Assembly (NCBI GenBank): GCA_965645245.1
Contig: OZ287073.1
Span: 2,046,001 to 2,110,000 of the forward strand
Reading direction: 5' to 3'
From: Massalongia carnosa
Taxonomy: Eukaryota
Length of the DNA stretch: 64,000 bases
Below, one piece after another: positions 32,378 through 43,661 of this stretch. A model generated the notes under the pieces. The model had not been told where the DNA came from. It worked only from the letters and a program-made list of their open reading frames with translations, and ran no database searches. Both the position numbers and the translations under genes were made by a program. Within the stretch, counting starts at the first letter, position 1. Each line of letters opens with the position of its first letter.

Positions 32378-33656
32378 ATCATCGCCATCGGGCACTGCCG
32401 TCGGGCATTATCTATCGGATCGTTGAGCGTCAGCAGACGCCTCGGGCCTAGAAGATGAGGTTCTCACCTCAGCACCGACCCCGAGTCACGTGCCTAGGCC
32501 TGCCCGGGCTGACCTGTGTCGTTCCCATGCCCAATCAAATTCAAGCATTCAAATCAATTCATCCAATTAAAAGCCCCCCCCAGCGCAAGCGAAGGTAACG
32601 GCACCGATAAGGGTCATAGAAAGCCAGAAAAATGTGTATATATTGACGAGTACAAAGATTCATACACGGAGTAAGAGCCTCACTATTGACTCCACATATA
32701 TTTTTGGTGTAACAATTACACGGCGGATAACGGCCAGAATGATGGACGAGGTGCGGAAAATACGCTCAACAGAGCAGGTTTGTCACTGGAATACTAGTTC
32801 TAAAGTCAGAGAAGTCAGATCTGTTCCCTAATCTATTTGCTATTCGTTCCTGAATAGCTCTTCCAGGGGCGTATCTTCAGTGGCTTGCACTATATGCTGG
32901 GTTTTGACATGGCCTCATTCATAGCCGTCGATGCAATGCCGTCTATTGGAGTCGCCCGTCGCCCGTCGCCCATCTCGTTTAGAGCATCTGATCGAAGTAA
33001 TTAGCGAATACGCATTTGCCGCTGACAGGGCTGAGCATATAATAGCTGGCCGCTGTTGCGATGTGGTGGCTAGTGACTTTAAATCTTATTATAAGTTCTT
33101 CTCTTTCGATCTTTATGGCTCCGTGGCGGAACATTCCCGCTCTGAACCCGCCTCGAGAGGTTCTCGGGTGGTTCTGTGCGAATGTATCGTCGCGCCGCGG
33201 TTCGATTCCCCGGAAGAACGTTCTTTTTTTATTGATAGTAAACATTATTACGGTTCATCTGAATATCTCTTTGTTTGAAATCTAGGCTTCAAGGCTTGAT
33301 CTATATAGCACTTTTTTAGACGACGAAAAGCGAGTTTTGATCAGCCTTTGCGCAGGATATCTCCAACCTCCATTTATGTGCTGTATGCTTCCTTTTCATG
33401 TGCGAGTCATGACAACGCTGACCATTTTCAACTCTTCCTTAGTGCCACGATTCTCGCCTCGAGTCTTTCTGTCGTTTCCCTATAATGGGCCTCTGCCATG
33501 AAGTCTGTCTCGTTCACCTCCTTAGCCATACTGTCCGCAATACCTCAAATTCGACAGTCTGATTGTGGGAAGGTTCGATGATCTTATATGCCCGTTCGAG
33601 TTCCAGGCGCAACGAGATTGGGTTTTTTACGGTTTTTCCGTACTCCTTTACTTTTA

Positions 33657-36210
33657 GGGTTCGGATACGGGGACACCGGGTAGGATGCATGTACACCGGG
33701 CACTTGATGCATGTACACCGGGCACTTGATACATATACACCCTCTTCCCAAAAAGGTAAAGGGCCGGCACATTTCGCACCACTTTACCTTTCTTGGTTAG
33801 CAGATAAAAAATCAGATTGTGATTTGAAAACTATGCGGCAATGAAGTTTTCAGCATTGATCTGTTGCATCTCATCAAGATTGATAAGATGACATCTTCTA
33901 GCTACTCGGTCGCAATTGCCTCGTCAGTCCTACCCCTTCTTCCCCTGCCCCCCCTGCCCGCCTCGCCGACCTTTTTCGCCTTGTCCGCCTTTTCCGCCCT
34001 GTCCGCCCTGTCCGCCCTGTCCGCCCTGCCCGCCCTGCCCGCCCTAGTTGCTGCTTGAGTCGCAGGCCTGGATGAGGCACGAGTGCCTGCCACCTCACCT
34101 TCATCTCGTCGTCGCTCGCGCCCGCGCCCGCGCCCGCGTCCCGCTGGTGTAGCCTCGGCTCTTGCCAGAACTCGTTCGATATCCGCTGGCAGTTCATTCT
34201 CATGTTGCTCTGCTATTTCACCTTCAACGATTTCGAATTGAGATGGATTCCGATAGGTGGAGTTGTCCAATGCTTGTCTACGATTCTCCGCCCCTGCAGG
34301 ACGTCCTCGAGGTTGGACAACTGCTGGTTCTTCCACCTGAAGTAGCGGATCGAGAGCTGGATCATTGATTGGATCAGGTAAGGAAGATCTTTCAAACCTC
34401 TAATGAGGATGGACATCCCTCAGGTCCGAATAAACGTTCCTGCATTTTGTGACTGCATGGTAATCCGGTAGTATTTGTAAGCTTCCAGTGGAACGATTGA
34501 CTGCCGTTGCTTGGTCCATCAACAGTCTGCATTGATCATCCATTCTTCTCAATGCGTATGGGGTTACGAACGCCGCGATGCGATTGAAAACTGGTTTTCG
34601 AAGATCCATAGGGTATCGCATCTTCGCTTCGTCAAAGGCTATCATGTAATTTTGTCGCTCGTTGATTAGAAGTAGGTTGATGCCATCTAAAACTATTTTC
34701 AAATCTCCTACAGCTCAGTCAGTATTGAATGTCTCTTAGGGTTCTACTCATTACCTGTTGATACTCCGAGATGACGTTTAAGGGCTGCGTGCCCCCCCTC
34801 ACCTCTAGAAGTAGTTGTGGTTCCGAAATGTAACACCTGATCGGTTTAAAATTTCACGAAGCGACGATGAAAGGACATGATGTAAGTTTCTCGCAGATAA
34901 TCCAAATATTCTCCATGCGTTAGATAGTAGGTGTCATTCATTCCCTGCCACGCCGACTCGTAATCAACTCTGGAAGCGGCGTATACAACAGAAGTCCAGG
35001 CGGATATGAAGTCATCCCATTCTTCTTTGGTATTGAAGTCCTTCTTGCAATTTACCGTCACATTCTTGTCGATATGCCAAAGACAGAGCAGATGATTCCT
35101 ATTGGGAAAGATCAATCGCACGGCATTCATCAACCCACGCTCCATGTCGGTCACAACAGCCACCGGATCTGGAAGTTGCAACTGCGCATACAACGACTTC
35201 AATTGTCCTAATGTCCACTCATAATCCACCTGCTTCTCCTTTGCCATGAAGCAAAACGCGACATAGAAATTAGTATGTAGGGCCGTTTGCCCGCTGATGA
35301 TCAGCAAGGAAAGTTTATATCTGTTGGTTTTGCAGGTGTAATCCATGACAAGAACTTCATGATTGACCTTCAGTAGAGTTTGGGATGTTCCTCTGACGAA
35401 GAATAAGTGAGTGATCTGATTGCGAATGTCTTTCTGATAGTTGTACGTCCAGTCGTTTTGATCAAGTTCCTGCATCAATGCCTGAACCGGGGTTAAAGGA
35501 CCTAGAGTATCTCGTCTCAGCTGTGCCTTGATGTTGTAGATATCTCGAGGCTATAATAACGGATTGTTGTTATCGGTGTCAATACCAAGGGTGGAGAGAA
35601 TCTTAATAGGAGCTGTTTACACGGTCAATTGTCTAGAGATGTCGTTCTTAATCTCTTCAGTCATAGCCATTTTGCGTAACGTTGGATGCGATCCAGCAAT
35701 TGTAGCTTCATGATTATGGAATGGGTTGATTACTTCCAATAATCAGGTTCCATCCACTCTGTTTCGCACCGCCGTGACCTTGAACTGACAATCGATGATT
35801 CGAGTATTGGTATGACGTCTATCTCTGCCTCGAGGTATTCGATTGCTACCTCTCCTGTCGCAGCGCAACAAGACTTTTCTCTTGATGCCAAGATCTGATT
35901 TCTTTGATCTAGCTGTGACCACCGCGTATCCTTCTGAGCCGGCGTGAGTATTGACGCTGAGAATGAGTTCTTCCAAGGTGGAAAAAACCTGGCCATCGTG
36001 AGGAGGAGCCAGAGGCATGATTTGAGAATGATTGAGAAAGATGATGCATCAATTGAAAATTTCAAGATCTCATCTGATTTTTCATCTGCTAACCAAGAAA
36101 GGTAAAGTGGTGCGAAATGTGCCGGCCCTTTACCTTTTTGGGAAGAGGGTGTATATGTATCAAGTGCCCGGTGTACATGCATCCTACCCGGTATCCACGT
36201 ATCCGAACCC
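33657..36210 (-). mobile_element. Mutator-like (MULE) DNA transposon with long TIRs, degenerate
   Basis: Inverted repeats 33657-~33817 and ~36072-36210 (GGGTTCGGATACG...); the left one has an extra 22-bp duplication; MULE transposase remnants between them. Confidence 0.93.
33902..36018 (-). pseudogene. MULE transposase (FAR1-like DNA-binding domain, DDE core) with stops and frameshifts
   Basis: HAGSEGYAVVTARSKK..LRCDR, VLVMDYTCKTNRYKL, VVTDMERGLMNAV, LLCLWHIDKN, TTTSRGEGGHAALK, PRGRP. Confidence 0.9.
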
Positions 36211-36344
36211 TAAAGAAATCCCAAATCTCAAACATTTAGAGCTTACGTGCTAGTTAGGACGAGGCGCGTCTTCGGTATCAGTTGAGATCTAATGAAAAAA
36301 CAAGGGGTTAATAAAGTAACTCTACCGGCCAATTCTGTCCGCGC

Positions 36345-36600
36345 TGCTGTTGGTTTTGCTGAGGATCTTGCCTCTAATGGCTTTGTTCGGGCAGCAGTGA
36401 GGGGAAAAGCCTCTTTCTGCCTGTGCGGCTTAGTTTGGAGTAAGGAGTGAGTGAATGAATGAGTGAATGAATGAATGAGAAAAAGGTCCTTTTGGTCCTG
36501 GATTTGGAATCCATGGTGATGATGAGGAGAAGAGTGTCAAATGTCTACTTATTTATGCCCTCTTTCTTTTCGTCAGTTATTCGCTCTAGCCGAATGTTAC
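36345..36600. repeat. Diverged repeat, inverted relative to 42865-43150
   Basis: Shared blocks CTGAGG..GCCT.TAATGGCTTT, GCAGC.GTGAGGGGAAAA, CCTTTTGGT.CTG, ATGGTGAT.ATGAGGAGAAGAGTG, TATTTATGC. Confidence 0.8.
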
Positions 36601-37878
36601 ACTGGCGGCAAGAGGTTCAGCCCCGCTATAAATATACAAAAGCCTTGCGCACTACATCTCCCAGTAGGCTTCTCTCGAGGTGTTCCCTCAATTAATATGT
36701 CGAGCTTCGGTCATCTACAAAACAAGGAGTTATATTAGCAGACCCAGAGCAAAGCGACCTCGCTACAGCATTGAAGACCAACCGTCCAATATGGCTAGCG
36801 ATTAAGTCTCGCATTGTTTGAAATCGAGAAAAAGGGAACAAAGCTTAGTAAATTATCGGATTGCCTGGTGTTACGTAGGCTGATCACTTTTTGAAACTAG
36901 ACAGACAACCTGAACGGTCGGTCATCAAGAGTCCCGGCTGCCAAAGCAACAAGAACAGCGGAAGACAGCGTTGGAGTAGCCGCTTCAACTTCAAATGCAC
37001 CGTCAGATATCTCAGGCGTACCTAGCCCACGCCGTGGCAATGTTGCATCAGCGGTTTCAAAGACATATCGAATACGAGGCATACCACCTAAGCATACGAA
37101 GAAGCGGGTACTAGAATTACTTCGAATAAGCTTAAATCTTGATTCAACAACAGGAAATATAACAGTTAGGTCGCTAGTTATGGCTCCGATCAGAACTCGA
37201 AGATGGCTACGGTCTGCTTTCAAAGACATCCCGATTCTCTTCCGCCAGATAAGAAGGAGTGGTCGATTGATATTCGTCAAGATGAGAATGACGAGAGCGA
37301 TGATGACAACGACGTCTTTCCCGCCGCACCTACAATAACTCTTGACACTCACTTCAAAGGCATTACGGTACTTCGATCCTTCAAAGAGGTTTCGAAGCAC
37401 AAGATTGAGTAAATCTCTTCAAATAACGTGTCACTATGTAGCTGACAGACGTAGTTGTATCGCAATCACAGGACTTGGAGGTTGTCCTTTTGGTTCTTTC
37501 AAAGAGCGAGATGGACAACACATGTGGTTACGTGATTCACTTCCTACTGATCTTCCGCATGCTCGTGTCATGTTATACGGCTACGATACTCAGTTGCATG
37601 GCAGTCACACATTTCAAGATCTCGAAGCACTGGCGAGTACCTTACGATCGGATTTGCGATGTCTAACATTGAAAAGCTCTTCCAATGATGTACCCCGAAC
37701 ATTCCCCTTGATATTTATTGCTCATAGTCTCGGCGGCCTTATCGTCAAGGAAGCTTTGATTTAAATGAAGCGTGACAAAAACTATCCAACATTTCTGAAA
37801 TATATATATGGTGCCCTATTTTTTTGGTGTGCCTAGTCAAGGAATGGAAATTACTTCGCTTATCCCAATGGTGAAAAG

Positions 37879-38223
37879 TGTCACGGTGCGAGGTCAGGTA
37901 GGAATTCAGGTGGTGCAAACGTGTTACTTGATTGTCTAGCTAGGTGGACAAGACGTTCGACAAGGAGAAAAGAAACAGAAAATCCAACGTGGGCGAGTAT
38001 AAGACTCTGGCGAACGGAACTAGTCCTAATCCAGCCGTTGATCCAATTTCCCCAAGTCCCTAGCATGAAACTATCGCCATGACACTATTGATAGTCGGAA
38101 CACTTACCTTTGAACCGGATTAAGCTTAGTTCCTTTCGGATCGGCTAACCGGCTAGTGCTTCGTTCAAGCAGCTAAGGTTGATTCAATGAACTAACTGGC
38201 AGGTGCCCAGTCACTCCATGACA
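37879..38223. mobile_element. Solo LTR (345 bp) in the NLR hydrolase domain
   Basis: TGTCAC...ATGACA; flanks AAAAG/AAAGG (one mismatch); removing it rejoins IPMVK|GQPNQALL. Confidence 0.85.
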
Positions 38224-40016
38224 AAAGGCCAGCCTAATCAAGCTCTGCTATATCTGATTGGAAAAGAATCTCAAATCCTGCGAAATCAATGCAGAGATTT
38301 TCCCAAGGCGTTCGATTATCAAGACTCGGAAATAGTATGCTTCTATGAAACTGTGATGTCACCGACTGCAGCGCTCGTAATTATTACACCCAAATGGCTC
38401 ATTACTTTTGCGTTTTGACTGACTTCTTCTAGCACGAAACAACGTGGAGTATGACATGCCCGCCTTGTGTCCTGGTTTAAAGCTCATCCGCAACACATGG
38501 CCGAGCCGGGGAGAACGAAGCGCATCAGGTGCAGGCGATCCAGAAAACTCATTCAGATTTGGTCAAGTTCGGTAAATATGACGATGATTATAAAAGGGTT
38601 TTAAGAGTACTTGAGCGATTTGCATTTGTTGCTATATCAGTAATCCCTAGTGGAATGTCCGTTGTTGAAGGTAAATAGAGATGATTTATCTCGTTTATAG
38701 AATGCATAAAAAATTCTCGAATATCTACCGTAACTTTGCTGATGATAAATCAAAAAGTTGAACACCTCAACAACGTACTCAATGGTATCTCCTTCAGATG
38801 TAGCGGTAAATTACGAACAAGCGCGGGGCCAGTGTGAACCAAATACTGGTTTGTGGTTCATCAACGGCGACTCGTTTTCAAAGTGGAAGAAATCGGTCGG
38901 ATCATTCTTATGGATGTATGGAATTCCTGGATGTGGAAGTGGAAAGTCAATTCTGAGTTCAACAATTATTCATCATGTCATGGACGAATGTCGATGTGAT
39001 TCAGGCATTGCCACCGTTTACTTTTATTTTGTTATTAACGACAAAGCGAAGCAGAAGACGGAAAATCTTCTGTCTTCTTTGATCGCACAGCTATCTGCCC
39101 AGAGCAGTCAGCTTCCTAAAGCGGTGAAGGAACTCTATGAAAGATCACAGAATGGAAAAGCTCGGCCGACATTGGATAGACTTCAGAAAACTCTTATCAG
39201 TTTATTTTCTTTATTCAACCAAGTTTATGTTTATCTTGATGCTTTAGATGAGTCCACTGACCGAAAACAGCTACTGGAGCTTCTTTCCTATATATGGGAA
39301 ACTTCATCCGCTCATCTACATATTCTTGTCACTAGTCGAAAGAAAGAGATTTTGAGTTAGCTCTGAAATGCATTGCTACAGAGTCTATCGAAATTGAAAG
39401 TGCAGAAGTAGATATAGATATTAAATCATATGTTGAACATCAACTCCGGGAAGATCGGATATCTGTGAACTGGCCGATTGAAGTAAAATAAGACATCACA
39501 ACAGCATTGATGAGAGATGCTAATGGAATGTATGTCAACACGCAGCCAGCGTGTAGATCAAGCTAATTCTAAAAGGTTTCGATGGGTATTTTGTCAAATG
39601 AATATTCTACGAGAATCAATTAGTCCCAATGATGTTAAAAAAGCGTTAAAGTCGTTACAAAAATCATTTGACGAAACCTATGAAAGAATTCTTCAAAGTT
39701 TTCCAGACAATCGCAGTAGTGACGCATTACGAATACTACAATGGCTGCTATTCTCAGCACGTCAATTACGAATTGAAGAGGTTGCCGAGTTACTCGTATC
39801 TAACCCCAACATGAAAAATTCCGAGTTCAATGTCGAAAGACGTCCATTCAATCCTAAGGATATCGTTACAAATTGTGGAAGCCTTGTCACAGTTCAGATC
39901 TCTTCAGACGAATTACGTCCTTGGGATACCTACAAAGTGCTCAGACTTGGCCACTTCTCGGTTCAGGAATTCTTAGTCTCAGACCGAATACTCGCAAGCA
40001 GATGTGCATATGATAG

Positions 40017-41046
40017 TGTAATACGGATGGCGCTAGAGGGATACGTGATCGTCTATGGCGGTGGCGGGATTAACTAGCGTGGACCATGCCGTAGTACGAA
40101 GTCGCATAAGCCGTCGAGGCTGACACACTGCCATCTTGCCCCGAAACTTCGGAGTTATTGTTATCACGTTCTTGACTACTTACAGATCAAACACCTGTCG
40201 AGGCCGTGGTGGTAGATTGCCATGGAGTGTAAGGCGGACTCCTGTGGAGACGCCAAGGAACTCTATATGGGATCTACTGGCCTACTCGGAGCTACTGGAT
40301 CTCTTGATGGTTCAAGAGAGGTAGCAGGAGGCACGGCTCGCTGGACGCAGCTTGAGCTAGGCTCCCCGGTGTAAACTTCAGCTTCAACCTTTATTACTAC
40401 GTTGGTAGTGATGTCGGCTGAATGAACCTACATGACCTCGTTGTCTAGACCTTGTGTCTAGAGGCAGGTCCGCAGTGTAGCGAGGTATTCAGTCGGAGGT
40501 AACCTTCCATCACTAGGTAGTGGTGACGGCGAAATGAAGCTACATAGCCTGAGGCATGTAGTGAGGGATCTAGCCGGGGGTAGAATTGTTCTACCTTGCA
40601 AGGGAAGGTCTAGAAGGCTGCTCGAGGCTGACTAGATGATCCAGCGAACGCCGAGTTCGTGGATGGATCCTGAGGGATGGTTGGATGTAATGCGATAAAG
40701 TCGGATGTGGATTGCAAGGCTGTAATGCTCGCAAGACTCCCCAGGCTTGCAAGGCTCCTAAGGTTCCAAGGCTCCCAAGGCTATAGGCTTGGGGTGAGTA
40801 GGATAAATATCAGAACGAATCTTGTAGTATTCGTTAGCAATTAGTCTTTATTCTATGAACAACCTACGTTTGGGTCTCGGACGAGATCTCTTGGTCCAAG
40901 CACTTCCACATCCATTAGTTCTTTGGATCACATATACTCTCGGAGACTAGCACGTAGTAGCTATCTTCCTCCTCTCACGCTGAGCATTTCCCCTTTCGAG
41001 ATCAGTGTCGCTCGTGATAAGCTTACTGGTCTCGTAGCCCATTACA
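40017..41046. mobile_element. Long solo LTR (1030 bp) in the NLR after the winged-helix region
   Basis: TGTAAT...ATTACA termini with exact 5-bp TSD GATAG (40012-40016, 41047-41051). Confidence 0.88.
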
Positions 41047-41404
41047 GATAGCATCGTCAGACAACCAGCCAACATTCTAATAGCGTGAGCGTGTCTTATA
41101 TACCTCACGGAGATCCATAAAAAAAGTCAGTAAAGGACACGATCCGAGAATTTTCACTGGTAGATATGCGGCAAGTTATTGGGCTGAACATATTAGAGCC
41201 GCAGAAGTCGCTGAAAACGATGATATACATAATCAGAATGTTTTTTTCCTAGATTGTGAGCGAGCACGTTATAATTGGATTCAGCTCTTCGAACCTAAAG
41301 ACAGCTAGAAAGGTCTTAATATCGATCCAGAGCCATGACAAGTATCCTCACCACTATACTATGAGTCTTTGTTTGGATTGAATGAATTTTTTTGAATTTT
41401 ATTC

Positions 41405-42270
41405 AGGAAGGAGGCGAACGTCTACGCGCAGGGCGGAGAGTACGACAACTCGCTGCAGGCGACTTCGTGTTATGGTCACGAGGCGGTGGTGCAGCTGCTG
41501 CTCGAGAAGGGAGCTGACGTCAACACGCAGGGCGGACGATAAGGCATCGCGCTGCAGGTGGCATCGGGGGAAGGTCACGAGGCGGTGATGCAGCTGCTGC
41601 TGGAGAAGGGGGCGGACGTTAACGCACAGGGCGGAGAGTACGGCAACGCGCTGCAGGAGGCATCGTGGAGATGTCACGAAGCGGTGGTGCGGCTGCTGCT
41701 GGAGAAGGGGGCGGACGTCAACGCGCAGGGAAGGTCACGAGGCGGTGATGCAGCTGCTGCTGGAGAAGGGGGCGGACGTTAACGCACAGGGCGGAGAGTA
41801 CGGCAACGCGCTGCAGGAGGCATCGTGGAGATGTCACGAAGCGGTGGTGCAGCTGCTGCTGGAGAAGGGGGCGGACGTTAACGCGCAGGGCGGAGAGTAC
41901 GGCAACGCGCTGCAGGCGGCATCGGGGAAAGGTCACGAGGTGGTGGTGCAGCTGCTGCTGAAGAAGGAGGCGGACGTCAACGCGCAGGGCGGATTTTACG
42001 GAAACGCGCTGCAGGTGGCATCGTCGAATGATCACGAGGCGGTGGTGCAGCTGCCGCTGGAGAAGAGGGCGGACGTCAACGCGCAGGGCGGATGTTACGG
42101 CAACGCGCTGCAGGCGGCATCGGGGGGAAGTCACGAGGCGGTGGTGCAGCTGCTGCTGAAGAAGGGAGCGGACGTCAACGCGCAGGGTGGAGAGTACGGC
42201 AACGCGCTGCAGGCGGCATCGTCGAATGATCACGAGGCGGTGGTGCAGCTGCTGCTGGAGAATAGGGCGA
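41405..42270 (+). repeat. Tandem 99-bp ankyrin-coding repeats, about 9 units, highly similar
   Basis: Unit GADVNAQGGEYGNALQAASxxGHEAVVQLLLEK; stop in an early unit and an internal deletion at ~41729. Confidence 0.95.
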
Positions 42271-42650
42271 AATATCAATTAAAAATCTCGAGAAAGCTCC
42301 TTCCCTTTATAGCCTAAGTAAAAAAAAAACATCCGCGCTAGCCAGCTGTCATTCACATTTTCTGCAACAATAATACGAGGGTCATGGGGTGCGGTCGTCA
42401 AAAAACCGTAGGCTCAATTGAATTTGGAGTCTCAGTAGAGGGCCGATCAAGTGGCCAAGCAAGCAAAGGGCTGATGACTGATGAAGCATCACGTGCTTTC
42501 CCTACTCGTATTGCTGAAATAGGTATATGACTATGATTATATGACTATATAATAATAAGTGTATGTATAACCGTTGTAGGGGGGTGGAGCGGTGATACTC
42601 TATGCTAGCGATTCGGGAGTTGGTTCTTTTCGGCTGATACTCGGTAAAGG

Positions 42651-42686
42651 TATTAGCGTATGCAAAATGATTTGCATACGCTAATA
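42651..42686. repeat. Perfect 16-bp inverted repeat with 4-nt loop
   Basis: TATTAGCGTATGCAAA-ATGA-TTTGCATACGCTAATA. Confidence 0.9.
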
Positions 42687-42864
42687 GCGGGGAAGTCCGG
42701 TGACAGTCTTTCTTTACGTTTAGTTGTCGATAGTTCTTTTCCTTTTAGAGCAAGCAGGCTCGTAGCAATAGCTACACAACACATAGCATCAACACATACA
42801 GTTCACAGGCACGAGGCACGAGGCACGAGGCACGAGGCATACAGTGACCAGTCTAGCTACTGTT

Positions 42865-43150
42865 TAAGTAATTCGGCTTGGGCGAAAGGTAATGCCGGGA
42901 TCGAGTGGAGGCAGGCCGCGGATAGCCGACGAAGGCCGAAGGTCGAATGTTGGACGGGAGAAAAAAGCATAAATAGGTGGCCTTTTGGCACTCTTCTCCT
43001 CATTATCACCATTGATTCGGAGTTCAGCACCAAAAGGTCTTTTGCCCACCCACCCACTCCTTGATTCAGCCGCATAGGTAGATGGAGTTTTCCCCTCACC
43101 GCTGCCATAATAAAGCCATTATAGGCGGGGCCCTCAGAAAAACTGAGCGC
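42865..43150. repeat. Diverged repeat, inverted relative to 36345-36600
   Basis: Reverse complement aligns blockwise with 36345-36600. Confidence 0.8.
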
Positions 43151-43368
43151 CAGCATGGCAGCAGCGAGGGGGAGTTGCCCAAATATAGATAGTAATTATA
43201 TTATGTTCTGACGACACGATAGAGCCCGCGAATTACTATTCTATTGTTCTATTCTTCTCTTATCTGTTTGTTCTCTCGCACTCCTAGAAGTAGTGGACCA
43301 GACCTTGACCTTTCTCCTTCCGTAGGTGGCACCCAGGTCAGAGCCAATACACCAGTGGAGGAACCTAC

Positions 43369-43602
43369 TGTAAGGTAGCTGTCGTCGATTCTTTTCAACC
43401 GCTATTAAACTAAAATTTATCTACAAAGAAAGAAAAGAATTATTGTGCGCGACTCGCTAGAAATATCTGCGTCGAGTGTCGCGCTAGCCTCGCGCGATCC
43501 CGTGATCCCTCTTTCTATCTCGGCTGGCGCTAAGCCTAACCGGTTACCTCGAACACCTCTAAGGTCAACCTTCTATCTCTATGTCAGGCTAGGACCCTGA
43601 CA
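43369..43602 (-). repeat. Gypsy B 3' LTR
   Basis: Direct repeat of 49523-49756, adjacent to the PPT. Confidence 0.96.
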
Positions 43603-43661
43603 CTATCCCCCCCTTCTATGGGCGAGGTCTCCGAAGCGCTAAGTGGCAGGCGCCCTGTCAG

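Larger units (their letters stand above)
28330..32580 (+). mobile_element. Tyrosine-recombinase retrotransposon (DIRS order, Ngaro-like), three intact ORFs; ends approximate
   Basis: gag, RT/RNase H and tyrosine recombinase in tandem on one strand; no integrase or protease; termini not resolved. Confidence 0.9.
36697..42317 (+). pseudogene. Fungal NLR pseudogene: alpha/beta-hydrolase (SesB-like) - NACHT - ankyrin repeats, split by two solo LTRs; 5' end uncertain
   Basis: HMWLRDSLP..ARVMLYGYDT, IFIAHSLGGLIVKEAL, FFGVP, CFYET; TGLWF, LWMYGIPGCGSGKSILSS, YLDALDE, LVTSR, FRWVFCQ, DETYERIL, HFSVQEFL; ankyrin array; several stops and frameshifts. Confidence 0.92.

Noticed and set aside
32600..33600. 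Short ORFs between the YR element and the MULE
   Set aside because: No recognisable motifs; may be a decayed gene, but I cannot support a call.
41399..42278. Antisense Q/H/L/R-rich ORFs over the ankyrin array
   Set aside because: Shadow frames of GC-rich tandem repeats.
42478..42540. Hammerhead-like core CTGATGA-AGCA..TGCT-GAAA
   Set aside because: Stem III would put G at the cleavage position and no stem I partner exists; likely chance.
42807..42839. (AGGCACG)n, also (TGAA/TGAG)n near 36450 and (GAC)n near 23816
   Set aside because: Ordinary short microsatellites with no further signal.
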